Source of the DNA: Candidatus Bathyarchaeota archaeon
GTDB taxonomy: Archaea > Thermoproteota > Bathyarchaeia > TCS64
Reading direction: 5' to 3'
Length of the DNA stretch: 64,000 nt
NCBI GenBank assembly: GCA_016930055.1
Contig: JAFGHP010000082.1
Location: 3-64,002 of the forward strand
Of this stretch, positions 50,522 through 60,729 are shown piece by piece (positions within the stretch are counted from its first letter, which is position 1; each line of letters begins with the position of its first letter). The notes under the pieces were generated by a model that saw nothing but the letters and a program-made list of their open reading frames with translations, did no database searches and was not told the DNA's origin. The position numbers and the translations under genes are program-made.

Positions 50522-51070
50522 ATGCTTAAAGACTTTAATTTATTGGTAACTACAGAGAGGATTCTCGAGAGTAAAGCTTGTAGTGAATTATGGATACTCC
50601 TAAAAGCAATAGGTGAAGAAAACCCCATTGTTGATAGAATAGGTATTTGGGGTTTAATAGCTGCAAAAACAAGCATTGATCCTGTAGATTCAGTAATAAA
50701 AATGGTAAAAGAAATTAGAGAAAATCCTACAAAATACAATTCTCTATTTAGAGTTTTACCTATTCAAAAAATTGTACAGACCTCTATTGAAAACATTGTT
50801 GAAGCCTCTAAAGAATATTCAACAAAAATTAATCCTGAAGAGTCTTTTAGAATTACTTTTGAGAAACGTCGAAGTAAATTATCTTCAAGAACAGTGATTG
50901 ATGCAGTTGCTGAAGAATTTCAACAAAAAGTTGATTTAACAAATCCTGATTGGGTTGTATTAATAGAAATTTTAGGTCGAATAACTGGAATCTCTTTGAT
51001 CCATTCATCTGAGATACTTAATATCCAAAAAGAACGCGCTAAAGCTCTTTTTGCCGATAAAGAAAATTAA
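50522..51070 (+). CDS. THUMP-domain protein (Tan1-like)
   Basis: FNLLVT, RVLPI, SFRITFEKR and VDLTNPD.VVLIEILG motifs. Confidence 0.85.
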   Translation: MLKDFNLLVTTERILESKACSELWILLKAIGEENPIVDRIGIWGLIAAKTSIDPVDSVIKMVKEIRENPTKYNSLFRVLPIQKIVQTSIENIVEASKEYSTKINPEESFRITFEKRRSKLSSRTVIDAVAEEFQQKVDLTNPDWVVLIEILGRITGISLIHSSEILNIQKERAKALFADKEN

Positions 51071-51094
51071 CTGTTATAAATCTATTTTTATTAT

Positions 51095-51670
51095 TTAACG
51101 CTTTAAACGTAATAAGCTTCCACGTTCAATAATTAAATTAATTAAATTTTCGACACTTTGTTCTCCTAAAGCTTCGATCTCTAGATCTGAAACATTGAAA
51201 AGGGTTTTTAATCGTTTATATTTTTCTGAATAGACATCAAGGACGCTATCATCTTCTTTACCAATTATTTTTACTACGTTTTTGAAAGCTTGTTCAGAAA
51301 TATTTTGTTTATCTGCAAAAATAATTAACGCTAAATCACGTGTATCTTTTTTTATTCCCATTATTTCTAAAGCTTTACTAATTTGATCATTGCATGAAGC
51401 ATATAGAAGAGTTTCTAATGGAATACTTTTTGAAACATTTTCACCTTCATCAAAAGCATTTACAGCATTTACAGCTGACATGAATAGATGTTCCCATCCT
51501 CCAACATTTTTTGCATCAAAAAATTGAAAAATACATGGTTTAATTTCTTCAGATACTTCGCTTAGAAATTTTTGTATGTCATTAAACTTTTTTGTACGAA
51601 AACCACCAATGGTTACCCACCATTTGGAATCTTTAATATTAGCAGACTTCATTATTTTAATCCCAACCAA
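51095..51670 (-). CDS. cgi121: KEOPS complex subunit Cgi121
   Basis: QFFDA..V.G.EHL, A..AF..G.N, E.LLYAS..QISKAL..MG motifs. Confidence 0.82.
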   Translation of the reverse strand: MVGIKIMKSANIKDSKWWVTIGGFRTKKFNDIQKFLSEVSEEIKPCIFQFFDAKNVGGWEHLFMSAVNAVNAFDEGENVSKSIPLETLLYASCNDQISKALEIMGIKKDTRDLALIIFADKQNISEQAFKNVVKIIGKEDDSVLDVYSEKYKRLKTLFNVSDLEIEALGEQSVENLINLIIERGSLLRLKR

Positions 51671-51699
51671 TTATATAGATGGAAAAGAATTTTCTGTTA

Positions 51700-52809
51700 T
51701 TAAACTCCCTGTTTTCTTACATTTTCGAGTAGTTTATCGACTTCCTGTTCATTGTTGAAGAAATTTGTGGCTACTCTTATTCCTGCAGCACGTAAACTAA
51801 TATAAAATCCCTCAGCCTTTAAGGTAGATATTGTGTCAAGATTATTTTTAGTATTGAATGTTACGATTCCTGCTCTATATTTTCTTTCCTCTGGTGTAAC
51901 AATTTTAGCTCCTAAAAATGATAAACCATCATAAAGTCGTTGATTGAGTTTTAATATTTGTGTTTCAATCTGTGATGGTCCTAATTTTAACATTAAATCT
52001 ATTGCAGCTTTGGTACCCACGGTACTTAGATAACTTGGTTCACCAAACTCGTATTTTTTAGCTGTGGGTTTTAAATAAGGTCTATCAAGGCTATGTTTCT
52101 CGACTGCGCGATATCCCCATAATTGGGGGTCCATATTTGCGACATGTTCTTTTGATACATATAAAAAACCTGCTCCACTACAACCTAGAAGCCATTTATA
52201 TGCTCCATTAGCATAAAAATCAACTTTATCTTTTTTAACATCAATTTTTAGAGCACCAGCAGCTTGAATACCATCAACAACTAAGTATCCATCGTTTTCA
52301 TGTATGAGATCAGCAAATTCTCTTAAATTATGTCGACCACCCGACATCCACTCCACTTGGCTTAACGCAATAGCTTTAGTAGAGTCATCGACTGCTTTTT
52401 CAACATCTTCAAGATGTACATATCCTTCTCTACCTCTAATAATTCGTATTTCAACACCCTTATTTCTTTGAGCTAACCAGGGGATTTGGTTTGCGGGATT
52501 TTCTAAATCGTTAATAATTATACTGTCGCCTTTCTTAAAACGAAGAATTTCTGAAACAACAGCTAAACCTGATGAAGTGTTTGGTTGAAAACATGCCTCA
52601 TCTTTGTTGCAGCCTATGAGTCTTGACCAGCTTTCAATTGTTTCAAGAGTTCGTTGATCACCTTTTCTATCAAGATTATCCCAATCATCAAGGTAATTTC
52701 TAATAGCTTCTTGAACTGGTATCGATGGTGGACTATGATTAGCTGTATCAAAAAACTTTATTTTTTTTGTTATAGGAAAATATTCTTCTCGAATCTTCTC
52801 TACATTCAT
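51700..52809 (-). CDS. class V PLP aminotransferase / cysteine desulfurase-like protein
   Basis: NTSSG, VDGIQAAG, YKWLLG.SGAG and R.A..FFN motifs; no clear catalytic Cys loop. Confidence 0.85.
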   Translation of the reverse strand: MNVEKIREEYFPITKKIKFFDTANHSPPSIPVQEAIRNYLDDWDNLDRKGDQRTLETIESWSRLIGCNKDEACFQPNTSSGLAVVSEILRFKKGDSIIINDLENPANQIPWLAQRNKGVEIRIIRGREGYVHLEDVEKAVDDSTKAIALSQVEWMSGGRHNLREFADLIHENDGYLVVDGIQAAGALKIDVKKDKVDFYANGAYKWLLGCSGAGFLYVSKEHVANMDPQLWGYRAVEKHSLDRPYLKPTAKKYEFGEPSYLSTVGTKAAIDLMLKLGPSQIETQILKLNQRLYDGLSFLGAKIVTPEERKYRAGIVTFNTKNNLDTISTLKAEGFYISLRAAGIRVATNFFNNEQEVDKLLENVRKQGV

Positions 52810-52922
52810 ATTTATTTAAATTAATTATCAACGTTAAAATCTTAGTTATAAAAAGAGATTATATTAAGAAAAAAAAGCAGTTATTATTTAAAATATTTCG
52901 AATAAAACTTTTTTTAAAGATA

Positions 52923-53738
52923 CTATGTAAATGTTAAACTACAAGCCGGGTATTCTGTAATTTTTTTTAAACCAATTTTTTGTGCAGTAGCAATTGATGC
53001 TTTATTTTTTGACCAACAGTGCCACCCTAAATGTTTGTATCCTTTAGATGCTGCTAATTTTACTAATTTTTTAGTCATCTCTGTAGCTAAGCCTTGTTTT
53101 TGGTGGTTAGGTAAAACCTCAATTCCTACTTCGAATTTATCTTGAAAGTTATATTCAGATAAACAGAATCCAGCAACTTTTTTTCTTTTAAGCGCAACAA
53201 TTCCAAAATGTTCTCTATTAAGGAAGTCATCGGGACTGTCTGTCTCTGAACGCATTTCTTCCAATAATAATTCCATATTTTCTAAAGGTTTCATTATAAA
53301 TTGTTTGCTAACCTCAACAAATTCGTAATCATTAACAGGTTCAGATTCCCATTTTTTATCATCGAGGTTAAAACCATAATATTCTCTGAAACCTATCTCA
53401 GCTTTAGCATCGTAAAATATTTCTTTGAGAACTTTAGTCCACTCCCCTCTATCAGGATAAGCGACAAATGTAGGTCCACGTAAATATGCAACAAAATATT
53501 GTTGATCTAGAATCATGTTAATATCTTTTCTAAAAGTTTGATTTTCTGGGTCACCATAAATAAAGACTCTTTTATTTTCCCAGGTTATTGCTACTTTAGG
53601 GTTTTTAATATCATCTACATATATGGGTGACACAGTTTTTCCTGCTAAGATTCTTTCTAAAGCAAGATGAATAGTCGGTGACTTGAATATTTCACGTGCT
53701 ATTTCGAAGTTTCTGAGTTCATGTAACATTGTTATCAT
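52923..53738 (-). CDS. GNAT family acetyltransferase
   Basis: EVGIEV..HQKQGLAT and W.C...N.AS..TA.K.G motifs. Confidence 0.85.
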   Translation of the reverse strand: MITMLHELRNFEIAREIFKSPTIHLALERILAGKTVSPIYVDDIKNPKVAITWENKRVFIYGDPENQTFRKDINMILDQQYFVAYLRGPTFVAYPDRGEWTKVLKEIFYDAKAEIGFREYYGFNLDDKKWESEPVNDYEFVEVSKQFIMKPLENMELLLEEMRSETDSPDDFLNREHFGIVALKRKKVAGFCLSEYNFQDKFEVGIEVLPNHQKQGLATEMTKKLVKLAASKGYKHLGWHCWSKNKASIATAQKIGLKKITEYPACSLTFT

Positions 53739-53857
53739 TTTGATTATGTACTATAATATTTAAGCACCTTCTTTTTTACAATTTTTTCTTATTTTTATGT
53801 TCGATACACTTTTAGTATGGCTTAGACATAATAATAAATGAACTGAGAGTATTCATT

Positions 53858-54286
53858 ATGAGTGTATTTGATAAAGAGGATTTAAGTGTAATAAAGATTG
53901 GTGATCTGAATCAATATTCACGTCAAATTAACCTTATTGTTAGAGTGATAAGCAAAACTGAGGTTAGAGAAGTTATTACTAGAAACGATGAGACTAAACA
54001 TAATGTTTGTGAAGCCTTAGTCGCAGATGATACTGGGGCAGTATATCTAACATTATGGGATGATCTTGTTGAAGAAATTCAAGAAGACCAAGTAATATCA
54101 ATAACAAATGGTTACATGAACACCTTTAAGAGTAGTATGCGACTCAATATAGGACGATATGGTAGTTGGGAACCTCTAGAAGAAGCTACTTTTGACGAAG
54201 TCAACCTCGAAAATAATATTTCAGCTAGACAAGTTGAATATAGTGGACGAAGAAGTAGCGGATATGGTTCGAGAAGAAGATATTAA
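53858..54286 (+). CDS. ssb: single OB-fold single-stranded DNA-binding protein (crenarchaeal SSB-like)
   Basis: KIGDL, V.D.TG...LTLW, NGY and LNIGRYG motifs; G/R-rich tail. Confidence 0.85.
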   Translation: MSVFDKEDLSVIKIGDLNQYSRQINLIVRVISKTEVREVITRNDETKHNVCEALVADDTGAVYLTLWDDLVEEIQEDQVISITNGYMNTFKSSMRLNIGRYGSWEPLEEATFDEVNLENNISARQVEYSGRRSSGYGSRRRY

Positions 54287-54328
54287 AATTAATAGACTTA
54301 ATATTCTTCCTTTAACTCTTCTCCTTTT

Positions 54329-54835
54329 ATGTCTACAATAGGATTTAAAGAAATTGTTATACTAGAAACAAGTAAAGGAAAAATTGAGATTGAATTAAAT
54401 AGAGCTAAAGCCCCCATTACTGTTGAAAATTTTGTAAAGTATGTTAAAGATGGGTTTTTTAATGGAACCATTTTTCATAGAGTTATTCCAGGTTTCATGG
54501 TTCAAGGCGGAGGCTTCCTCCCTGATGGTACACAAAAAAAGACGAGATCACCAATTAACTTAGAAGCAAGAAATGGTTTAAGAAACCTAGCTGGGAGTGT
54601 TGCCATGGCGAGAACAATGGAACCTAATAGTGCAACTTCTCAGTTTTTCATAAATTTAGTTGATAATAAATTCCTTGATGCAGCAACAGGAAATGATGGT
54701 TATGCAGTTTTTGGTATGGTTATTTCAGGATTTGAAATAGTTAAAAGCATGGCTAATGTAAAAACAGGCTCAAGAGGCATGCATCAAGACTGGCCAATTG
54801 AAGATGTATTAATCAAACAGGCATCCATAAAATAA
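54329..54835 (+). CDS. cyclophilin-type peptidyl-prolyl isomerase
   Basis: AP.TVENF, FHRVIPGFMVQGG, AMART, SQFFIN and YAVFG motifs. Confidence 0.95.
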   Translation: MSTIGFKEIVILETSKGKIEIELNRAKAPITVENFVKYVKDGFFNGTIFHRVIPGFMVQGGGFLPDGTQKKTRSPINLEARNGLRNLAGSVAMARTMEPNSATSQFFINLVDNKFLDAATGNDGYAVFGMVISGFEIVKSMANVKTGSRGMHQDWPIEDVLIKQASIK

Positions 54836-54887
54836 TCTATTTTAGGGTCATATTTAATATTCTAATAACCATTCACAATAGATACAA

Positions 54888-55793
54888 TTGATTAACAAAA
54901 TTAAAGTTGCAATAAATAAATTCCCTTTTAGTGGTCAATTTGGTTCAACCGAAAATGGAATACAAACTAATGCGATAGAACAAGGTGGTTTAACAACTCT
55001 TCTTTCGGACCTTGGCTGCGAAATTACAGAAACATTCACTGCTAAACTCACTTTAGATGAAGAAAAACAGTATGGATCACAACATAGAATGGGTTTAGCC
55101 TCTAATCATTTATCGAAAAAGGTTTCTGAACAAATAAAATCTAATGTATTTCCTTTTGGTTTACTTCAAAATTGTAATGGTCTCATGGGGATGCTTGCTG
55201 GAGTGCAACATAGCGGAACAAGAAAAAACCCAATTAAAGTGGGTTTAATATGGATTGATGCTCATGGTGATTTCAATACCCCAGAAACAACCTTAAGTGG
55301 TATGTTGGGTGGAATGCCTGTTGCTATAAGTTGTGGACTTTGCTTAGAAAGATTAAGACGTACTTGTGGTTTAGATCCTCCATTACCAACAAAATATGTT
55401 ACAATGGTGGGGGTTAGGGATACTGATCCATTTGAACAAGAACTAATTGATAGAAGCCAAATCGAACATATTACTGTTAAAGATATTCGACTTTTATCTC
55501 CTAGAGTAATGCAACAAGTTGAACGACTTGCAGAATTAACTGACAAAATCTATGTTCACATCGATCTTGATGTACTTGATCCAAGCGACATTCCAGGTGC
55601 CGGGCTTCCAGTCGCTGGTGGTCCTACTGCAAATGAATTATCAGCAGCTTTAGAACTTATTTTTAGTCATCAAAAAACCGCTGCGTTCGGGGTAGCTAGT
55701 TATCCTGCATCTAGAGATCATGATAAACTTGGTTTAAAATCAGTCTTCAAACTTTTTGAAGGAGTTGTAAGAGGAATACAGAAAAGATCTTAA
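54888..55793 (+). CDS. arginase/ureohydrolase family protein
   Basis: WIDAHGDFN, GMP and HIDLDVLD motifs. Confidence 0.88.
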   Translation: MINKIKVAINKFPFSGQFGSTENGIQTNAIEQGGLTTLLSDLGCEITETFTAKLTLDEEKQYGSQHRMGLASNHLSKKVSEQIKSNVFPFGLLQNCNGLMGMLAGVQHSGTRKNPIKVGLIWIDAHGDFNTPETTLSGMLGGMPVAISCGLCLERLRRTCGLDPPLPTKYVTMVGVRDTDPFEQELIDRSQIEHITVKDIRLLSPRVMQQVERLAELTDKIYVHIDLDVLDPSDIPGAGLPVAGGPTANELSAALELIFSHQKTAAFGVASYPASRDHDKLGLKSVFKLFEGVVRGIQKRS

Positions 55794-57070
55794 ATTATTA
55801 ATGTTTCTTTCTCAATTTTTCTATTTTTAATACTAATGTCTGAGACTTTAAATTTACGATTTCCATATAAATTAGCATATTCTTCTTCATTATATAACGC
55901 TTCCACAATTCGTGCTAAAGCATCACATTTCATTATTCCACTGCCACTAGATGCCCCAATATAGATGAATCCTGGGCCTTCCTCAACTACAGGTGTTTTA
56001 TCAAAACTGTTAATGTCATACTGTCCTGCCCAAGCATTTTCTGGACGCACATTATCAAAACATGGTAAATATTGAACAAGAACATGATATATGTTATTTG
56101 AATAGTATTCGTCTTCAGGTTGTGGATTGTCTTCACATTCAAATTTACGACCTAACTCATCAGCACACCCAAGCCAAATGCTCTCTTCAGTTTTTTCCCC
56201 TTTAAGATATATGCCCGCTTTCGGTAAAATAATTAATGGTAAAATATTAGACTCATTTAGACCTTCTACCTTTAATAACCTGTTTAATCGATGATCTTTA
56301 AATGCGAATAACTGCCTTTTTTTAGGTCTCATAAAACAATCATATCCTATTGGATCAAATAATTCTGCTGCCCATGTACCTGTAGCAACAACGGTAGTTT
56401 CAGCAAGAATTCTTCCTTTAGGTGTATTGACTCCCGCAATACGACTTTCTTGCCAGACAAAAGGTTCATCTGGTATACCTAGTGGTTCAACAGGTTCGTG
56501 AAGAAGTTTTGTAGCTATAGTATTGTAATGGATCTCTCCACCAAGTCTTAAAAATTCTGCTTCATAAGCTCTTACAAGAGCGTCAGCGTCTAGACTGCCA
56601 CATTTTACACCATAAACCCCAATATCAATATTTTCTAAACCAAGTATCTCCGATTCTTCGTTTTCTGTGAAATCTATTTCTAAATCTGGTATATATTCCT
56701 TAATCTCTTTACCCGAATATAGTTGAGTTTCAGCTCCTCTTTTAGTCATTACTTCTATTGAGATTTTATTCCGCGAATATTGCTCTTCACTGAATAGCCA
56801 AATATAGCCTTGTTGGCTTAATTTTATATCATACCCCATTTTTTCTTGAAAATTATGAAACCAATCTATTGTACTATCAGCAAGAAGATAGTTCGCTTCT
56901 CCTGTAAACAAGTTTCTATAAGCGCCTTCACTTTTACCACTGTTACCTTGAGCTGGTCCATTTAATTTATCAATTAATACAACTTTTAATGTAGGGTCTC
57001 TTTTTTTAAGGTAATATGCTGAGCTCATTCCGAGAATACCAGCACCGACGATGAGGATATCAGTCTCCAT
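55790..57070 (-). CDS. FAD-dependent oxidoreductase (D-amino acid oxidase/sarcosine oxidase beta family)
   Basis: IVGAGILG, ATG.W, WAGQY and SGSGIMK motifs. Confidence 0.88.
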   Translation of the reverse strand: METDILIVGAGILGMSSAYYLKKRDPTLKVVLIDKLNGPAQGNSGKSEGAYRNLFTGEANYLLADSTIDWFHNFQEKMGYDIKLSQQGYIWLFSEEQYSRNKISIEVMTKRGAETQLYSGKEIKEYIPDLEIDFTENEESEILGLENIDIGVYGVKCGSLDADALVRAYEAEFLRLGGEIHYNTIATKLLHEPVEPLGIPDEPFVWQESRIAGVNTPKGRILAETTVVATGTWAAELFDPIGYDCFMRPKKRQLFAFKDHRLNRLLKVEGLNESNILPLIILPKAGIYLKGEKTEESIWLGCADELGRKFECEDNPQPEDEYYSNNIYHVLVQYLPCFDNVRPENAWAGQYDINSFDKTPVVEEGPGFIYIGASSGSGIMKCDALARIVEALYNEEEYANLYGNRKFKVSDISIKNRKIEKETLII

Positions 57071-57221
57071 TTCTTTAAAAATCCCTCTTTACATCAATTT
57101 AATATTATATCTTGTTTTGGATGTTTTTATTACATTTTAATAATTATTTAATGCTTTTATAACACTTTTTCTAAATTATATTCGCGATAACATAATATTT
57201 TTCCTCGCTTATTCTTAATGT

Positions 57222-58127
57222 ATGGCATATTCCAAAAAAACAGATGAGGGACTTATTGTTCCTAAAAAATGGTATGATGCACTTCCTCGAGTTAGTTGGA
57301 ATAGATTTACTAAAGTTGAAACCAATTTTCCATGGTTTGATGTTTATGAGACTACTCCTGAAACATATGCAATTTATGAATCTGGACAATTTGAAGAAGT
57401 GATTAGTTATTTGGTTTTAGGGGAAGAAAAAGCTGCTTTAATTGATTCAGGTAATGGTATAGGTGATATTAAGGATTTAACTGAAGAGCTTACTGATTTA
57501 CCTATTGAAGTTATTAATACTCATGCACATGGTGATCATGTTGGTGGAAATTGGGCTTTCGAAGAAGTAGCTGCTTTTAACCATCAATATGTTAGAGACC
57601 GAATGAAGGGTAGAAGTAATCAGGAATTGGGTAATTTTCTTAAAGAAGAAATGTTAAACAAACCTCTTCCTAAAGGAGTAGATAAAAATACATTCTCGTT
57701 ACAACCTTATGAAGTAACTAGATGGTTAAAAGAAAATGATCTCATTGATCTAGGAGGTAAAACTCTTAAGGTAATTCATACTCCCGGTCACACGCCTGAT
57801 GGTATATGTCTACTTGAATCTAAAGAAAATTTGTTATTTACAGGAGACACTTTTTATCCTGCACCAATTTACATCTATTCGAAAGGAACAAGCCTTGAAG
57901 AATTTATTACGAGTTACGAAAAGATAATTGCTTTAGATTTCATATGGGCAATGCCTGCACATAACGAAACTATGATTGAGAAAAAGATAGTTGAAGAAGT
58001 ATTGGCTGCAGCTAAATCTATTAAAAATGGTGAATCTGGAGAATATATTGAAGGATTTGCTAATGGAGTTAATGTTAGAAGATATGATTATGAACGTTTC
58101 TCATTAATTGTTAGAGTTCCCTTATAA
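57222..58127 (+). CDS. metallo-beta-lactamase fold hydrolase
   Basis: THAHGDH, PGH, GD and PAH motifs. Confidence 0.9.
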   Translation: MAYSKKTDEGLIVPKKWYDALPRVSWNRFTKVETNFPWFDVYETTPETYAIYESGQFEEVISYLVLGEEKAALIDSGNGIGDIKDLTEELTDLPIEVINTHAHGDHVGGNWAFEEVAAFNHQYVRDRMKGRSNQELGNFLKEEMLNKPLPKGVDKNTFSLQPYEVTRWLKENDLIDLGGKTLKVIHTPGHTPDGICLLESKENLLFTGDTFYPAPIYIYSKGTSLEEFITSYEKIIALDFIWAMPAHNETMIEKKIVEEVLAAAKSIKNGESGEYIEGFANGVNVRRYDYERFSLIVRVPL

Positions 58128-58164
58128 AATACTTACATACTAGTTTCTTATTTAATTCATAAAA

Positions 58165-58782
58165 GTGAAAATATTGCTGATCCATACTGTTAATCATAAA
58201 TTATTTGGTTTAATAGATGTATCTAAATCTTTTATAATAGAAGATTCTGAAGTAATACTAGTTGATACAGGTATTAATTCTTCATCAGCAAATAATATTA
58301 TAAATGTTCTTGCTCGTAGAGAATACAGCTTATTAGTAGTTACCCTATGCATTTTGACTCATAGTCATAGAGATCATGTAGGTGGGCTCGCATCTTTGAA
58401 GAAACTTGGTAATTTCCAAGTTGCAGCTCACGAGGCAGAAGCTGATGATATTGAAAAATCAACAGGAATCGAAGTTGATTTAAAACTAAGAGATGGAGAC
58501 ATACTCCCTTGTGGCATAAAAGTAATTTATCTCCCCGGTCACACTCTAGGCAGTATAGCATTACTTGCTGGAAATACATTAATTGCTGGTGATGCCCTAA
58601 GAGGTTCAAAAAAAGGATTAAAGCCTTCTCCAAGTTTATACACTAAAGATAAGGATGCTGCATATGACAGTATCCATCATTTAACAATGTATGATTTTGA
58701 TAAACTATTTGTTAGCCACGGTGAAAACATTGAATCTAATGGTAAAGAAGCTCTTAAAAAATTAATAGAAAGCCTGAATTAA
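58165..58782 (+). CDS. metallo-beta-lactamase fold hydrolase
   Basis: THSHRDH, PGHT, GD and SHG motifs. Confidence 0.9.
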   Translation: MKILLIHTVNHKLFGLIDVSKSFIIEDSEVILVDTGINSSSANNIINVLARREYSLLVVTLCILTHSHRDHVGGLASLKKLGNFQVAAHEAEADDIEKSTGIEVDLKLRDGDILPCGIKVIYLPGHTLGSIALLAGNTLIAGDALRGSKKGLKPSPSLYTKDKDAAYDSIHHLTMYDFDKLFVSHGENIESNGKEALKKLIESLN

Positions 58783-58890
58783 AGATACATGAATTTATAT
58801 GCTCCTTATAAGTAACCTTTTTCAATATTTTATAATAATTTTCATAATATAATTTTAAAAGATTTGATTCCTTATTTATTATTGATTATA

Positions 58891-59349
58891 ATGTTCAAGA
58901 AAATACTTGTTGCCTTTGATGGTTCCGAGCCTTCTAAACATGCTTTAGATTATGCAGCAGATATGGCTTTTCTATGTAAAGGTACTCTAATAATTTTGAC
59001 TGTTGTTCCTAGAGTTAATCTACCTTTATACCCTGATGAAAGTAGTGGAACTCCTATAGTTTTTGGACAAGATTTAACTAAATATCAGGATCGTTTGAAA
59101 GTATTATATAAAAATTCTTTAACTGAAGCTATAAAAGATGTTAAAGAAAATTTTCCTGATTTAAAAATTGTTGATCTCTTTTTAGAAGGAAGACCTTCAG
59201 CAATTATTATCGAAGAAGCTGAAAGAAATGGTGTTGATCTAATAGTTTTAGGTAGCCGTGGAATAGGTGGTATCAGTGGTTGGATCCTTGGAAGTACTAG
59301 TCGTAGAGTAGTTGATTCTTGTACAAAACCAGTTTTAGTAGTAAAATAA
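58891..59349 (+). CDS. universal stress protein
   Basis: FKKILVAFDGS, DLIVLGSRG, LGS and PVLVVK motifs. Confidence 0.93.
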   Translation: MFKKILVAFDGSEPSKHALDYAADMAFLCKGTLIILTVVPRVNLPLYPDESSGTPIVFGQDLTKYQDRLKVLYKNSLTEAIKDVKENFPDLKIVDLFLEGRPSAIIIEEAERNGVDLIVLGSRGIGGISGWILGSTSRRVVDSCTKPVLVVK

Positions 59350-59402
59350 TTTAAATTTTTTATAACAAAACTTTTACTTAACTAAAATAACACTTTGCTG
59401 AT

Positions 59403-60299
59403 ATGTCTGAACCTACAGATTCCCTTTTAGAAGCTGGTAGAATAGCTGCTCAAGTTAGAGAAGATATTAAAAATAAAGTTAAACCGGGAGTCAAGGTAAT
59501 TGACTTATGTGATTCAGCAGAAAGAATGATCGGAGATTTAGGTGGAAAACCAGCATTTCCTTGTAATATTGACATAGATAGAGTTGCAGCACACTATGTT
59601 TCTCCTTTAGGAGATACAACAGTGATAGAACAAGGGCAACTTGTGAAAGTTGACATTGGTGTTCATATTGATGGGTATATCGCTGATACCGCAGTTACAG
59701 TCTGTCTTAATCCTACTCTTAAAAACATGGTTGAAGCGGTTGAAGCTGCTCTTGAAGCTGCAATAAAAACAATCAAGACTGGTGTAAAAACATCTGATAT
59801 TGGTGCAGTAATTGAACATACTATAAAAAACCGTGGCTTCAAACCTATCCGTAATTTAACTGGGCATAAACTTTCTAGATATATAGTTCATGCTGGAAAA
59901 AGCATACCTAACATTCGTACAATGTTAGGCGAGAAATTACTTGAAGGAGAGGTGTTTGCAGTGGAACCATTTACTGTTCTTTCTACTTCTGCTGGAGAAG
60001 TTCGAGATGGAGCATCAAGTAACATTTATCGATTTGATAAAAAGAGAAATTTTTCTAATACTATTACTAAAGAAATGTTAAATTTTATTCAATCTGAGTA
60101 TCGTACTTTACCTTTTGCGAGCCGATGGGTGCTTCGACGTTTTCCAGGTTCCGATGGTATAAATGCTTTCGATGAATTGATAAAATTTAAGAGCATTTAC
60201 AGTTATCCACAATTAATTGAAAAGACTAATGGTGTTGTAGCTCAAGCTGAGCATACAATTATTGTAACAAATGAGGGGTGTATTGTAACTACTCGATAA
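59403..60299 (+). CDS. map: type II methionine aminopeptidase
   Basis: AFP, AAH, KVDIGVHIDGYIADTA, NLTGH, AVEPF and AQAEHT motifs. Confidence 0.95.
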   Translation: MSEPTDSLLEAGRIAAQVREDIKNKVKPGVKVIDLCDSAERMIGDLGGKPAFPCNIDIDRVAAHYVSPLGDTTVIEQGQLVKVDIGVHIDGYIADTAVTVCLNPTLKNMVEAVEAALEAAIKTIKTGVKTSDIGAVIEHTIKNRGFKPIRNLTGHKLSRYIVHAGKSIPNIRTMLGEKLLEGEVFAVEPFTVLSTSAGEVRDGASSNIYRFDKKRNFSNTITKEMLNFIQSEYRTLPFASRWVLRRFPGSDGINAFDELIKFKSIYSYPQLIEKTNGVVAQAEHTIIVTNEGCIVTTR

Positions 60300-60729
60300 A
60301 ATTTTGTTTCTTTTCTTTTTCGGGGTCTTTCTTTTTATGTATTCGTGATATTATCATATTCCCATCACATCGTGTACAAGCTTCATCATTTTTGAAGATA
60401 TAGTCTCCTTTCTTAAATTCTCTTACTCTTCTTAAATTACATTTAGGACATTCAAGTGTCGTAAGAATATCTACTTGTGGGATGTCTTGCTTTGTTTGAG
60501 AGCTAGGTCTTCCCCCTCTAAATAGCATATAACCTATTGCAGCGAATCCAAGTGCTCCAATCAAAATATATATGTAAGCAGTAATTTGGTCTTCTGTAAA
60601 ACTTTTAAATCCTAAATATAGACTTGCTAATGATAATATTCCGATAATTACTATTATTACCAGATTTACTCTAGATGCATTTATACTTGTTACTGGAGGT
60701 GGGCTCCCACCTTGACTATTTGTTTTCAT
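60289..60729 (-). CDS. membrane-anchored zinc-ribbon protein
   Basis: Two TM helices then ECPKC..REFKKGDY..C..C. Confidence 0.75.
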   Translation of the reverse strand: MKTNSQGGSPPPVTSINASRVNLVIIVIIGILSLASLYLGFKSFTEDQITAYIYILIGALGFAAIGYMLFRGGRPSSQTKQDIPQVDILTTLECPKCNLRRVREFKKGDYIFKNDEACTRCDGNMIISRIHKKKDPEKEKKQNFIE

